Positions 1-14,386 of a stretch of 64,000 nt of DNA are shown in pieces. Under the pieces are notes generated by a model that was given only the letters and a program-made list of their open reading frames with translations, ran no database searches and was not told where the DNA came from. This DNA is from the human T2T-CHM13v2.0 reference genome, Homo sapiens, in assembly GCF_009914755.1 (NCBI RefSeq), contig NC_060944.1; one strand, written 5' to 3'. The translations under genes were made by a program, and so were the position numbers. Each line of letters starts with the position of its first letter. Within the stretch, counting starts at the first letter, position 1.

Positions 1-624
1 CATTCTTCATAAAAAGTGAGCTTGGGGAGTTTATCGGGTCCTGGGGAGTCATAAGAAAAGGATCAATCCAAGAGGTGGAGCAGAAAACAATCAGGGGACT
101 TGGAGTTTGCCAGCTGGAAAAAAAGTTAAAAGCGGCCAAAGAGCCCTGGAAGATAATAGAAGCTATATTCAGATTCCCAAGTTGTATTCTGAGTTTTTGC
201 TCCTTGGAATATCCATAGTCCTCCATTTCAGTTTCCAAAGTACCCCTTCTCCTAAGAACTCAAGAGGCTACCCAATTTTTCTCACAATGTCCATACAGAG
301 AAGGGGGATGAAAGGCCAGGTATTGTTATTTCAATGTCAGGCACACACAGAAACTCAGGCATAGGAAAGTAAACTGCTCAGGATGACAAAGTGTTGTTAG
401 GTGATATAGGCTTCAATTTTATTTTTTACTCTTCAAAAACTTTTATTTGGTCAAGTGATATTTGAGAGAGATATAAAAAAAATCTTCTTTATAAAAATGT
501 CAGTGCCTTCCAGGCCATGTGTATTCTTCCCTGTTTTAGGAATTATCAGGAACTATTGGGAACAACTGAGGCCTCTTGGTCACTAGTTACATACCTCCTT
601 TGAACAATCTCTTCCTTCACTTTC

Positions 625-861
625 TTTTTTTTTTTTTCTGCAATCTTCGACTCCTGGGTTCAAGCGATTCTCCTGTCTCAGCCTCTCGAGTAGCTGGGAC
701 TACAGGCCCTGCCACTATGCCCAGCTAATTTTTATATTTTTAGTAGAGTCAGGATTTTGTCATATTGGTCAGGCTGGTCACAGACTCCTGACCTCAGGTG
801 ATCCACCTGGCTTAGCCTCCCAAAATGCTGGGATTATAGGCATGAGCCACCATGCCTGGCC
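625..861 (-). mobile_element. AluS (Sx/Sz-like) lacking the last ~57 nt of the right arm
   Basis: Antisense Alu 638-861, T13 tail 625-637, 17-bp TSD tcttccttcactttctt at 610-626 and 862-878. Confidence 0.95.
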
Positions 862-1149
862 TCTTCCTTCACTTTCTTACAGTGAGGCCTGGCTGTCTCC
901 AAAGGATTTGCTCTCCCTGCAGCCTTCTCATCCAGTTCTGTTCATTTTTCCTGTACACCATGCACCATGGGTCCTAGATGAAAGAAAGATGACCTCCTTG
1001 TTCATAAAAATCATTTGCAGACTATTTTTCCTTCTCTTCTAGAAAGAAAAAAAGAATCAACTTCTTTGAAATGTATGTTTACTTGTATGTCCTCAGATTA
1101 TCCCATCTAGAGTTAACATTTTTTCTCCTGGTTGCTTCCTCTCAGTTAC

Positions 1150-2034
1150 AGGGAATTTTAGCATTTTTTCCCCCATGACTACTTTCTTAATTCTTGGTGG
1201 CTCCAGCAAAGAATGGAAGGTTCTTGGCTGGTCCATCCATCACCTAAGCCCCCCAGTTCCTTGACTTTCTCTCCTTCACTTCTCTTCTGGTCTACCCATC
1301 CTCACTCACTCCCTGCACAGTCATACTCTTTTTGATCTTGCCATTGCAATAATTGCACCAGCTCCATAATGTTAGTTTTGAGCATCCCGTTCTTTGACTA
1401 CTACTTCTTATCTTTGCAGCTCCTTCCCTGAATCCAAGAAGCCATTAATCCCACACACATCTCCACACTTGAGCCTACTATATTCCACCATTCATCCTCC
1501 CCTTAACATTCACACCTCCCTGGCATGGAGTTCACAAGCCACTGTGATGATCTCTCCAGAACACACACCCTCAACTCCCTTGACTCCCTCAAAGTCACCT
1601 AGAAAAAACTCACCACCAGTTAAGTCCTCCTTTCTGCCTGCTCTCCACCTATTTCCAGGCAGTTGAACATGACTGGGGAAAAGCTCACAACCACACTCTG
1701 GTCTCAAGTGGGTCCTCAGCCTCCTAGAAAGTCTCTTCACATTCCCTCAGTTAAGCCAGTCCCTCATCACTAAGAAAACCACTTCCTCAGTCATTAACAT
1801 CATTAGCATCAACTCCAATCTACTTGTTTTCAACTTTCCCCAGAGAAAATAGAAGCTATCACCAGAGAACTTTGTCTTCAAACTACTAAATCTACCAACC
1901 TGCCTGCTTCTTTATCCCATACACTTACCCTGGATCCCTGGCCCTCACTCACTTGATGTTTGCTTCTGCCTTAGCCATATTTTTTCTTTTCTCTTGACTC
2001 TAATGCCTTCCATCTTCAAAACAGAACAGCCAAA

Positions 2035-2077
<43 letters not shown>

Positions 2078-3010
2078 CATCCTCTCTCCTGTGTCCCCTC
2101 TTCAGCTACTCTTCCAGGCTTTTAGAGCAGAACTCCTCAAAAGACATGTCTTTGTGATCTCTCCACTTCCTCACAACCATTGTCTCTCAAACTCACAAGT
2201 CTACTGCAAAACACACTTGTTAAAGTCAATGTTAAAGTCAGCGATGAGTTCCCTCTTACCAAATACACTGGTCAGTTTCCTGATCAGTATATGTATCTTA
2301 ATATGCACTGCCGCAGCATCTGACATAATGGTCACATCTTCCTTTCCGAAACACCTTGTTCCTTTGCCCTTGGACATCCTTCACTCTTATTTTCTCTTAC
2401 TTTATTAGCTCCTTCCTCCTACTCTCTTTTTCTGGTTCCTTTTGAACACTGGAGTTTTCCAGGGCTCAGTTCTTGGACCCTTTTTCTTCTGTATCTTCGC
2501 TTAATGTCTTTAAGTGACATTAACCAGGTCTGTTCCACTTTATGGTTTATTTGCTGAGGAATTCAGCTCCTACCTTTTCCCTGTGTTCCAGACTCATTCA
2601 TGCACTTGTCTGTTTAGTGTTTTTGCCTGGAAATCTAATAGGCATCATAAGCATAACATGTTCGAAAAGAACTATGAGTGTCCAAAATTCACCATTCCCC
2701 ATTCTCTTCTTAAAAATTAGTATCCTCTTTAACTTAGTTGCTCAAAGCCTAAAACCTTAGCTTTATGCTTTACTTTTCTCCCTCTGTCTCTTCCTCTGTA
2801 TCTCTTCTTTCTCGCCTTTTCTCCCTCTCTCTTGCTGTCTTATTCTCCACATCCACTCCACGAGTAAATCTTGCTTACTCTACCTTCAAATATATCACTT
2901 TAAAATTATTTATTGTTTATCTACTCCACTAGAACATAAGCTCCCAGAGGCCAGGAGCTTTTTGTCTTATTTGCTACTGTTTCTTCAAGCATTTAGAATG
3001 AGAATTGGCA
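1150..3010 (+). mobile_element. L2 LINE, degenerate 3' part
   Basis: Pyrimidine-rich L2-like body and L2 3'-end motif ccactagaacataagctcccagaggccagg at ~2926-2960; 5' boundary uncertain. Confidence 0.7.
2031..2077. repeat. (TAAA)n microsatellite
   Basis: About 11 perfect units. Confidence 0.95.
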
Positions 3011-3315
3011 GACTATGACCCATCAGCCAAATCCAGGCTTTCACTGAATGGTTTTTACATCTTTACATGGTTAAAACATTAAAAAATAAAATAAAATTTT
3101 GTAATAAAAAAATTAAATGAAATTCAAATTTCAGTATCCAGAAATAAAGTTTTATTGGAACACAGCCATGCTCATTTGTTTACATGTTGTCTATAGCTAT
3201 TTTGTCATTACAACAACTGAGTTGAGTAGTTCTGACAGAGATTTTTATGGGATGCAAAGCTGAAAATATTCACAATCTGGCACTTTGTAGAAAAAAGCTT
3301 GGCAGTTTCTACCGT
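3005..3315 (+). mobile_element. MER58B-like hAT-Charlie MITE
   Basis: Core aaataaagttttattggaacacagccatgctcatttgtttaca plus the upstream AT-rich MER58B segment. Confidence 0.8.
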
Positions 3316-3399
3316 GGATTAACATTCCTTCACAGAAGCTGAAGCTTAAATTTATTTTTTCTGCTAGTTCCAATAATGAATTCAGAACTCAGTCTTGTA

Positions 3400-3645
3400 T
3401 CCATGAACCACATGGCTATTCTTGAACCAACCCCTGATGAAGTGTTAGACCACAGTTAATTGTATAAATCTGGGTCCATGCCCATCTCTAAAGCTGGGGA
3501 ATGGAGAAGGATTAACACTCTCTATATCATATGGGCTTAATATGGAAGAGAGGCAGTTTCCCAAGGGAAGTTGACACGCTATAACCAAGAGGGGTGAGTA
3601 GAGACCACCCCTCTGATAGGAAAAACAAAACACTTGTTTTCTACA
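3400..3645 (-). mobile_element. Old MaLR LTR fragment (MLT1J/K/L-like)
   Basis: Resembles antisense MLT1K 5' end (cagtttcccaagggaa...gctataaccaagaggg...ctaca). Confidence 0.45.
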
Positions 3646-5961
3646 TGGACCTTCCTGCTATTTTTTAAAAAATGGCACATTCCAAAACTCTTAATCCTAT
3701 CAGGAATTAAAATTTTTTGTTACTAAGTTATACATACTTAGTTTACTAGAATGTAATACTTGGTACCTTAAACCATCTGTATCTTGGATAGGATCTTTGT
3801 TTTCTTAAATCCATGGACTCCAAACATATATAACTATTACTTTTTGAAGCTAATTGTGCTGGAATGGGACATAGTCCAGGAGGTATGAAAATGGATGTCA
3901 TGCCTGGGAGGCGTGGACCAATTTATAGATGTCCTAGGCAGGAGCCAGGCTACTGGTACCACATGTACACTCAGCTTCTTGGCAATGACAGAATGAGATC
4001 TCTGCATGTTGTACCTCATTCCAGCTCTCTTTCCTCATTGTGAGAATTAAGGACCACCCAGCCAGAGTGGGAGGTTATCTGCTACAAGTCCTTACTAATT
4101 TATCAGACAAACCAATTCAAGGTATCAGAATTCATGGAGAAGAGGAGAGGACAGATTTCTGACTAAACCGTGTGTCTGAATCTCCCCCTCAATAAAGGGA
4201 AGCCATTGGAGATCATTAAGAAACAAACAAAAACTTTTATATGGTCAGATTGTGTTTTAGCAAGCTTATTGGCGGTAGTTTGGAGTCTGTGTCATAGAGG
4301 AAAAAGATAATATAGAATGGATTGTGGCCATTGGTAATTCTCCTAACTCAATAACTTCTTAGTCTCGTATTCTTGAAGTCATGGAGAAATCCTTGAGTCA
4401 GTGAAATGTTCCTTTATCACAATGTCACACTGCAAGAGGTTTTTTTTTTTTTTTTTTTTTTTCCTAAGCTGAAGATAGAACTGTTTTGGAAATCATAGAA
4501 ACATATTTGCAACATGCAAGATGTTATTTCTGCATTGATCATTTTAATTCAAGAAATTAGTTTGGGAATTAGACTTCAATAGTCTTGTGATTCACCCTTT
4601 TGAAATTAATGAAGATTTACAATTTTGAGTTCCTCTTTGCTAGCATTTTCCCCTTTGAATAGCAATGCTTTGTTCATAATTGTGACATTTCTTTTCTGTT
4701 CGCATTCTCTCACTGAGAATTCTCTTTGATAGGGTGGATTTTCTGCAATAGAAATAACATTTTTGTGCAACTAAAAAAAAGCCAAATGCCAAAGGGTAAA
4801 AAATAAGTTTTTGTGGTTATAAGATTGTTAAATGTAGATGTAAAATTATGTTATTTCTGATGTCCCATCCAATTGTGGCATAAGCCTGAAGTTTCGTTCA
4901 CCCTGAGATCTCTTATTATCAGCCTTTTCTGGGGTGAGGTCTAGCTCACACAGAATCCCCAGTGTAAGGGCTGTGATGTTATTTTAAACATTTCATTAAT
5001 TTAAAACTGTCATTTAACAATGGCCTCTAGTTCTACCAATGGACTTCCTTGTGGGTTTCTGACAAAGGTCGTGGTCTGTGGTCCCTCTCCACACCTAATT
5101 GTGATGACCTTCTGAGAATAATGACTGCTGCTTCACATCTACCTTCCCAGCTTTGTGAATCTCTGGGGTTGGCCAGCTGTCACTTAGAATCATACAAGGA
5201 AAGGGATTCTGCAAGATGTAGGCCCAGCTTAACCAAGCAGACACACACCCTATTTTCTTCTTTCACTAAAACCAATCATTCCCTATTTTATTCTTTAAAC
5301 AAAGGACTACTCGACAATGCTATTAATTTTCAGCATAATTAATTACGCCTAAAAGTAAATTATACTCTTCCTTTAGGGGTTGCTTATTTGTCACAACTTG
5401 CCCCTGGCAAGTCTGCATCTTGTCAACTAGCAGTTTGTACTCTTGTCTTCTTTTTCTCTTGCCTTTAAATAGGAACTATAATCAGTTTATTTTCCCTCCA
5501 CATCAACAATAATTTTTTTTTTTTACTTAATTTTCTTAGAAAATTCTAGGCTGGCATGTAAAATGTAATGGTTGGTATTAGAGCAAAGCATGTAGCACAA
5601 TGAAACGCCATCTTTAATAAAGGCATATGTGCCTTTATTAAAGGTTTCTCCAAGGTTTCTGTTACAGGAAATCATACATCATGGGTGGCTAGAGGAGAGG
5701 CATCACTGTCTATGGGAGTCATTGGAGCAGAAACAGATTTATTTCATATTCTTCCTTTGACTATTCAAACATAGACCACCAGATTTATGAAATCCTATGT
5801 TCTGTATCTCTGTATCTTCCTTTCCCCTGATGTCATTTATTTGAACCACAGCACAAAATGAGATTGAGTAGGCAAAGGCCATTAAATTCAATGTCATTAT
5901 AGGAGGTGCAAGGGGAAGCTTGGATTCTTATGAGCACATTCTCCACAAGTAGAAACCTTAA

Positions 5962-6283
<322 letters not shown>

Positions 6284-6309
6284 AACTAGTTTTTCTTACC
6301 ATCTCTCTT

Positions 6310-6473
6310 GCTTTTCCTCTTCACCATGAGATCACCATAGCCATGTGGAGCAGAGTCTTGGCTGACCCATGGCCACCAACATACAACATGAGTGAGAAAG
6401 AAGTCAAGGCTATTTTTATTTTGTAAGCCACTGAAATGTGGAGTCTGTTATCACAGTAAAAGCTAATTAATAT
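6310..6473 (+). mobile_element. MaLR LTR 3' fragment (MLT1J-like)
   Basis: catgagtgagaaa...gtaagccactgaaatgtggagtctgttatcacag resembles an MLT1 3' end. Confidence 0.5.
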
Positions 6474-6754
6474 GGAAGTTAGAAATAAATTGCACCAAAC
6501 TGCTAACAGTGACTCTTTCTGTCATGTTGAGGAGATTAGAGGTTACTATGATTTTTCTTACTTTGTTTGTATTTTCCCTGTTACTGTATTATGAATAATT
6601 TTAGATGTGGAAAAAAGTTATTTTTTTCTTTTAAGCATACATTCAGTTCTTCCTTGGCAACAGACATTTGAAATGTAATTAAATTTGGACTATTCTTGAA
6701 CAAAGGTGTTTGCCATACTCAGGGCAAACTTGTAATGCTGCATTAAAACATATA

Positions 6755-7490
6755 TGTCCTTCAAATTGACCTACAGATTCAATGCAATACTTTTCAAAAT
6801 CCTGCTGGCTTTGGAGAAATTAATAAGCTAATCCTAAAATTCATATGGAAACTCAGGGGACCTAGAATAGCTTAAAACAATCTTGAGAAAGAAGAACAAA
6901 GTTGTAGGACTCACACTTCCTGATCTCAAAGTTACAGTAATCAAGATACTGTGGTACTAATATAGAATCAAAATATAAATCAATAGAATATAACTGAGAC
7001 TCCCTGAGTAAATCCTCACATAATGGTCCATTGTTTTTCAACAAGAATGCCAAAACAATTCAGTAGAGGAAAGAATGCTGCTAGAATGACTGGGTATCCT
7101 CAAGGAAAAGAATGAAGTTGGACCCTCTATCTCACATCATATATAAAAATTAACACAAAATGAATTCAAGACCTAAATGTAAGAGCCAAAACTGTAAAAC
7201 TGGATTAGAAGAGAATTTAGGGATGCATTTTCATGACCTTGGTTTAAGGCAATAGTTTCTTGGATATGAAACAACAAGCACAAGCAAGAAAAGAAAAAAC
7301 ATAGATAAATTGAACTTCATCAAAATTAAAAACTTTTGTGCTTCAAAGGACACAAGAAAATGAAGAGCTGGCCCACAGAAGGAGAGAAAATATTTGAAAA
7401 TGATATGTATGATAAGGGTCTCATACCTAGCATACATAAAGAACTTTTACAAGTCAATAATAGAAAGACAAAGAGCTCAGTTTAATCATG
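6755..7490 (+). mobile_element. Old L1 (L1MB/MC-like) ORF2 3' fragment
   Basis: acagattcaatgcaata, ctaaaattcatatggaa, ggactcacacttcctgat and atcaaaattaaaaacttttgtgcttcaaagga motifs. Confidence 0.9.
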
Positions 7491-7774
7491 AGGGGGACAT
7501 GGATGGTAGGATGTAAGTATATACAAGGGGAAACTGACATGTCTTTAGGAAGTTAGATATCTATTAAAAGGACTAGCATAATACTTGTATATCCCTTGTT
7601 TGGAAATGTGATATTCTTATTGATTCCTTTGGTCTACACTGATCACCACTTTTCAATATATTAGAATATTGCAAAAATCACACCACTAACATGATTCAAA
7701 ACAAACTCCTATGTATTGAGTCGATAATATATTCAAAGCATTATATTGGACCTTGCAGAATTTAAAGATGAATA

Positions 7775-7788
7775 ACACACACACACAC

Positions 7789-7832
<44 letters not shown>
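7775..7832. repeat. (CA)n microsatellite, one interruption
   Basis: Direct. Confidence 0.95.
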
Positions 7833-7834
<2 letters not shown>

Positions 7835-7889
7835 TTTTTTCTTGAAGTAATGTTTAGTTCACAGAATCCATTCCTCAGGCCACCCATAT

Positions 7890-8070
7890 CAACACTGCTT
7901 GAAACTTAACAAGTACATTCTCAGGACCCACCCACCCACCAACCAGATCTACTGAATTAGAACCTCGCTCTGGTGAGGTGGGGTTGAGGGAGTCCCAGCA
8001 ATACACGTCCCACATCTTGTTAAGTCCTCCAGGTGATTCTGATGCATGTTAACATCTGAGAACCACTGGG
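7890..8070. mobile_element. MER5A-like hAT-Charlie MITE
   Basis: ctactgaattagaa...ctccaggtgattctgatgca...tgagaaccactgg. Confidence 0.8.
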
Positions 8071-8649
8071 TTAAGAGATGAAGAATTAAAAAAATTATTC
8101 AAGCTCATATACTACAAGACAGAATACAGTAAATGGCCTAAAATAGGTACAAAGTATTGCATTTCGTGGCTAACTTGCAAATTGTAACTAGTTTAAAAAA
8201 TGATTTGTTATTGAATACACACTATGTATGTTATCTTTTGCTAAGTTTTATGAAAAGCATTTTGTTTTGAATAAAATTTCTTCCCATCTCTAGAATAGAG
8301 CCGTGATTATGAACTAAGTAGGGAAGAAGGAGGAATATCAGAATCAACTAAGGGTCTTTATCAGATTACCTGAGTCTCCCTCTACTCTGGCCCCAATCCC
8401 CTGTTGAAAACCACAGTTCTAGATGGTCACAATGGAGAATCTTAAATATTCAGAATGTTACTTTGATCAGATTATTTTTGGATACCAGCTAATCCAGTGA
8501 TCATCATTTTGATTCTTTATTTTACCTACCCTTTAGTCTGTTCACTAACATTTGATTGCTGCTCTGAGTCTTTAATTTAAAACAAACACATGAAGTATCT
8601 TGTAGGGCTTATGGAAGAGGTGAAATCAGAGTGAAGTGACAGTCAAGTT

Positions 8650-8830
8650 TTCCTTCTAACTGTGACACACACTAGTATAAAGTTGTACAGGCCACTTAAC
8701 ATTTCTGATGAGGCTTAATTTCATTATCTCTAATATTAGTTCAAGAACCCCCGCTTACTTTACAGGATATTGAGAGGACTAAAGGAGATAATATTTGTGA
8801 GGTTATATAGCACATATTAGGCCCTTTAAG
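8650..8830 (+). mobile_element. MIR fragment
   Basis: Degenerate MIR core (cacttaacatttctg...tttcattatct...ttgagaggactaaaggagataat). Confidence 0.55.
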
Positions 8831-9099
8831 ATTAGCAATGATGGTCCTTCCATATTTTTCTAGAGATGTCCTTCTCCTGAATTCCTGACCTATCAGTGGA
8901 TATCCATGATGTAGAAAATACTTCCAAAACATTTTTACTCTTTGATACCATAATTGTAGGGAAAATCTATTTAATTATCTATACCAATACCTATCATCTA
9001 TTTATGTATCTTTATTATCTCTCTTATTTATCTTTCTATTTCTCTATCAATTATCTATCAGTTAAATGGAAGCAGACACTTTTATATTGAGAATGTATA

Positions 9100-10310
9100 G
9101 CTATCGGGACTCTATTCAATTAACAGAATTAAATTGATATTGACAGGCTTAAAGACAATTCAAATAACTAAGGAAATATTGACAAAAAAGAATGACTAAG
9201 GAGAGGGAAAAATTTGCCTTACCAAATATTAAAACTTCTTTCAAAGCTACTATAATCTAAATACCATGGTATTAGCACACTAGTACACACATCAGTGGAA
9301 CAAAATACAGAATTCAGGCATAGACCCAAGTTTGCATGGAAATATAATATATAATGAAAGACATTTCAATTAACTGCAATTAACTGTGGTAAGAATGTTT
9401 TATTTAATAAATGGAGCTGACAGAATAAACTATCCATTTGGAAGGAGAGCAGAGCTATGTCTTGCCTCATATCAGAGATGGATTAAATACCTAAATTGTA
9501 ATGGATTAAATATTTAAATGTAAAACATAAAAGTAAAACTTGGACTGTTTGTTTAACTTTGCGGTAGGAGAGGACTTATTAAGAAAGACATTGATTAAAA
9601 AGGTGCGATACATATTTGACTGTTTAAAAATTAAAATTTTTCATGGCAAATGTCAATATAAACAAAATTAAAAGACAAATATGAGTGGGAAAAATATGTT
9701 ACCAATTTGAAAGAATTAGTCTGTAATATAGAAAAAGTTCTCACAAATTTGTAAAGACAATGAGCAAGGATATCTTTTCTAGGTAATATACAGAAGAAAA
9801 AAATTTTAAATGGTCAATAAACATATAAAGATATGTTTAACCTTTCTAGTAAAGCAAATTCAAATAAAAACAATAATGAAATTGTGTTCTTCATTCATAA
9901 ATTGGGAAAAAATTAAAATATTGATTTTTTTCACATGCCAGGTAACATGTAGGGAAATGATCATTGTCATGCATTTTTAAAGGGAAAGTGAATTGTTTTA
10001 AAACATTGCAAATTAATCAGATAATAGTAAAATAAAATAATGCCAGTGCTCATTTGCATAACACTCACACTTTGGAGAATTTATCCTACAAAAATCAGTT
10101 TGCAATATATGAGGATCAAAATGCAAGAGTGCCTCTTTTGGCATCATATATAATGGCAATAACCTGGAAACAATCTGAGTGTCTTTTGGTAAGAGAATGG
10201 CTGAATCAAATATGGGACATCCATCCTATGGATTATGATTAAGCTGTCCAAAGCAATGAAATAGATCAGCATCTGCTGACTTGAAAGAATAACCATTAAA
10301 ACATATATAC

Positions 10311-10356
<46 letters not shown>

Positions 10357-10880
10357 TTGTGTGTGTGTGTGTGTTGCTTTAAAGTCAGGCAAAGCTACTG
10401 AGAAATGTGAGGTTATTTCATAATTGTGAAAAAATTAACTGCTGGATATGTGTATAGATGTATCTGTGAATCGATGAATAAGGAAGAAAAAGTGAGAGGA
10501 TACAAATAAGGAAATGAACATCACTTATACATTTACATGGGGACTTGACTGGAAGAGAGTTGCTGGGGATGATGAATTTTTTGATTAGACATCTTTGATT
10601 TGTTTCACATGTCATAAATATATAATAACTCTAACTTAAAAATATAATAAAGACAGGACTCAGGTTAGGTGTAATCTTCTATGTATGTGCACAGTACAGG
10701 TCTGGAAGGGCCATGCCAAATTGCCAATTTTAGAACCTCTTAGGAGGAGAGTGGTATTAGGAAAAGAGGGTAAAAGAGAGTAAGCTTTTTCTTGTACATA
10801 TTTCTGTATTTATTAATGACTGTTATTTTACAATGAGTACCTATTCAGGTATTGCTCATGTGATTTAAAAATAAATAATT
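9100..10880 (+). mobile_element. Old L1 (L1ME/MC-like) ORF2 end plus 3' UTR
   Basis: A-rich degenerate ORF2 motifs (atttgccttaccaaatattaaaac, aacctggaaacaatctgagtgtc). Confidence 0.75.
10320..10374. repeat. Compound (TA)n/(TG)n microsatellite
   Basis: Direct. Confidence 0.9.
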
Positions 10881-12699
10881 GTTTTCACCCAAGCTTTAAA
10901 TAGTTGTTTACACCCAAGCAGTAGAGTAGGACAGTTTTTTTTCTCCCTTCAGTAGACAACAGTTATTGGCACAAACATTAGCAAGCATAATGGTTGTAAT
11001 TTGGTTGAAGAAGATAATCATGTATTAGCTTAAGTAAAATGCAATGCCTTGCAAAGATCTGTCATTCTATGAAAGTATTGACTTAGAGTAGTCCCAACTA
11101 GGAAATACAAGGCGTAATCCACAGATTCTTGTGCAATTCAGCTGTATTATCTCTTATAGCTCCTATAAACCTTAACACTAATTAAGGATCTTTAAGAGGT
11201 TTTTAACTAGAGGGATGGGAGAAAGGGTGTCTTTATCCCCACTTAGGCAGAAGAAATGTTTTAAAGTGGAAAATGAGCAATTGATGGTTGCCTTGCCAAG
11301 TAGAATTAAGAAAATTCAGCAGCACTGATTGTACCAAGTTCTGGAAGTAAAATCTGCCAGAGGCTGAGATTTGGCCTTTATGTAATACTAATACTGTAAA
11401 CTCAACATGTCAACTCTTTTATCTGATTTTAATTCTTGGAATAAGCTATAATCTCTTACGTATAGCATAATGTATTTTATGCCCATGGCCCAAAGCAAAA
11501 GGTCTCCTTTTGCTTCCCTCCCTCCTACATTATCTGGGAACTTGGTGTCAACTCCTTTACGCTCTGTACCTCCCTTTGCCCTTGAGTCCTGCTGCCACAC
11601 TGAAGGCCTGCCTTCTTCTCAGCTGTTCACTAACTTCTTTTACTGCACAGTTTGCTGGTTGTGATTTCTTATTTTTTTCAAGAGGATTGAGAGACTTAGA
11701 AAAGCTTCTAGGACCCAGAGAAGGAAGCTGTAGTGGCTAAACTTCACAGACATCATGACTGGCAAGAAGTATCTGGCTCATAGGAAGTTCTTGCCTTCAG
11801 GGATATAGGAGTTTTCTTGCAAATGTAAACCCTGAATAGTTTGAAAAATTATGTAGCCATATGAAACAAGAGCATAAGCCATGTGTGATAGGGCTACGTA
11901 GGATCAGCTTTCAGAGGAGTAGTTTAGATCAGTGTGTGCTGAGATGTTTGAGGGAGAATAAAAATCACACAGGATTTGGTCTGTTGCACTGCTGGAGAAA
12001 ATTAGGAGATGATATTTATGTATAAATTCTCAAAGATATATGTTGACCTGCTACAGCAGTAATATATGCTAGGACATATAATATCACTTTGGATAGATAA
12101 ATGTACATATATATATATGTGAGGGCAGGAATGAATTGTTCAATGGTATTGGTGATAGGTTTAGGGTTAAGAATGCTAATTAACTTATTTTTACCATACA
12201 CTGGATGCAACTATCTCTTTCTTCCATGGCACTACACTCTTGTTTGATATAATTTATCTTTCCCAAAGATGGTGATCATTTTCTTTGATATTCAGCCCAA
12301 TGCACTGAAATATTGTTTGCCCAGAGCCTATGTTTTCTTCTACCTTCCTCACTGCTTACAAGAACAAAAGGTACACTACAAATCTAATTTCATGCAATTG
12401 GCCTATTTATGAGCCACATAAATGTGGCACAAACACATTTACCGAGAACTATAATTTTAAGAATTAAGTCCCTCTGGGGGAAGAAGAAGAGAGGTAGAAT
12501 TATATGCATGAATGGGGCTGAAAGAGCTGTTCAAAGTTTGGTGATGAGTGGGCAAACTCAGGAGAGCTGAGTACCCTTGGTAAGTTAAAAAAGTAAGTCA
12601 GTATTCAAGAGACTAGGAAGAACATGAAAGAAGCCCATGCAGGAGAATAAGCAGTGAGATAAACTGAGTTTTGGAGACATAGAAATGTCCTTGGAACCC

Positions 12700-13200
12700 A
12701 GGAATACAAAGCCTGGTGAAGTGGACGGAGATTCTAGGGATACTTTCTGTGCCCCATCCATACCCTTTCAGATATTATCATTGTCATATAAGTGGCTGAC
12801 TTCCCCCTGCCATCATGTTCATTACTTGGCCTAAGGGCTTTCTCTAATCATTGGAGTCCACCTAGACCTAGCATAATGAAGAAATAGAGAAAATACAAGT
12901 ATTGACCTTCCCTCCCCACCCACCTCCCCAACTATAGCATCCTTCAACCAAGGATGAGGTGTAAATGCCTCAACTTCCTCCTTGGGTGAGATAACACTGG
13001 ATCCTAGCAATCCGAATTGCAATTAATCTGCAGTTATCTACAGTACTAACACCTAGTAACACATTCAACATTGACTTATCTTCCTTTCCCCACTTTACCA
13101 TTGCCTCTCTGGTATGGTCTGGGATCCCCTCCCCAAAAACCTAGCTACATAAATCTAGATTTGTTCCAAATCTTACTTTGGGGGAATCCAAACTAAGATG
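12700..13200 (+). mobile_element. ERVL LTR (LTR16-like)
   Basis: 3' end ctttgggggaatccaaactaaga resembles the LTR16 terminus; 5' boundary uncertain. Confidence 0.55.
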
Positions 13201-14221
13201 GGGATATGTATACAAAAAGGTTAGGGAAGGACTTAAAAAATAAAACCAAACAAAAAAAAAATGAAAAATAAAAGTTTTTATGTGATCCAACTAGGACAGT
13301 TAAGATAAATGAATGAAAATATTTTTTTTTTCCTTTAACTAAAACTGTTTAAAAAAGAGTTTAGGAAACATTGTTATTTACCGATTTTCTGGATTAGTGT
13401 TTTGTGAAGGAAAGGGAAACATCATGGGCACTTTTTTAAAGTAAGCTTCTGCAAACTGTAATGCTTTAAACCAAACCGCATGTTAACTGGAATAATGGGA
13501 ACCCACGTCACTAAGAGACCCATTGCCTGGTTCTCTGTGGTTTCTTACCACAGTAGTTGTTTTTGAAAATAGGTGGTCTTTTTCAAAGAGCACTTATGTT
13601 ATGTGTTGAAATAATGAAAAAGCTTCTGAAACACAATATGCATTTTTTAATCTAGTAATAAAGAAAGTAATGTGGCTGAATAATGCCTGGCTAGATTAGT
13701 TTTGACACTGTATTTGCTTTGTGTTCAACTTTATCTGGCAATGCATTATTCACTAGTACTATACACAGTGCTTTATTAAGTCTTAATCAAATGCATTTTA
13801 TCATAAGTGTCAATTCAGTGCTTTGCCATTGTATTTATATGTTTTTAAATACTGAGTTCTTTGTAAGTGAACGACAAATACTTAGGCTGGAAAATAAGAT
13901 TGTATTTCTGGTGCTTGGGAATGAGGTCATTGTGTATGCACAGAGTGGCTTTACATTCACACTAAAGTCATTTGGAAACAGATTATATTGCCGTTTCTTT
14001 TTTCTCCTAATAAAATGAAATGTAATTTTCTTCACCAATGTGAAAGCTAAGCTGGTTTGACCAATTGTGGCCATTTAAATAGGTTTGTAGAGCAAATAGA
14101 TATAAATTAAAACTTTTGCTAGTAGATTTTTATTTAATAGATTTTGGACTAAATTTTCAAATGTGGGTTAACAATAAAAATTTATGCACAAACTGACAAG
14201 TGATTACAGGTACACACATTT

Positions 14222-14386
14222 TCAAATATAATTAATAATATGTTTAAGTATAATAAAACTATAATAAATTTTTATAAAGTATTCATTAAATAATTTTATT
14301 ATAATTAAATATTTTCATTATAATTAAAATTTATATATTTATAACATTTTAAAATAATTTATAATTATAACAAAATGTTATAAATA
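14222..14386. repeat. AT-rich low-complexity tract
   Basis: Almost entirely A/T. Confidence 0.85.
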
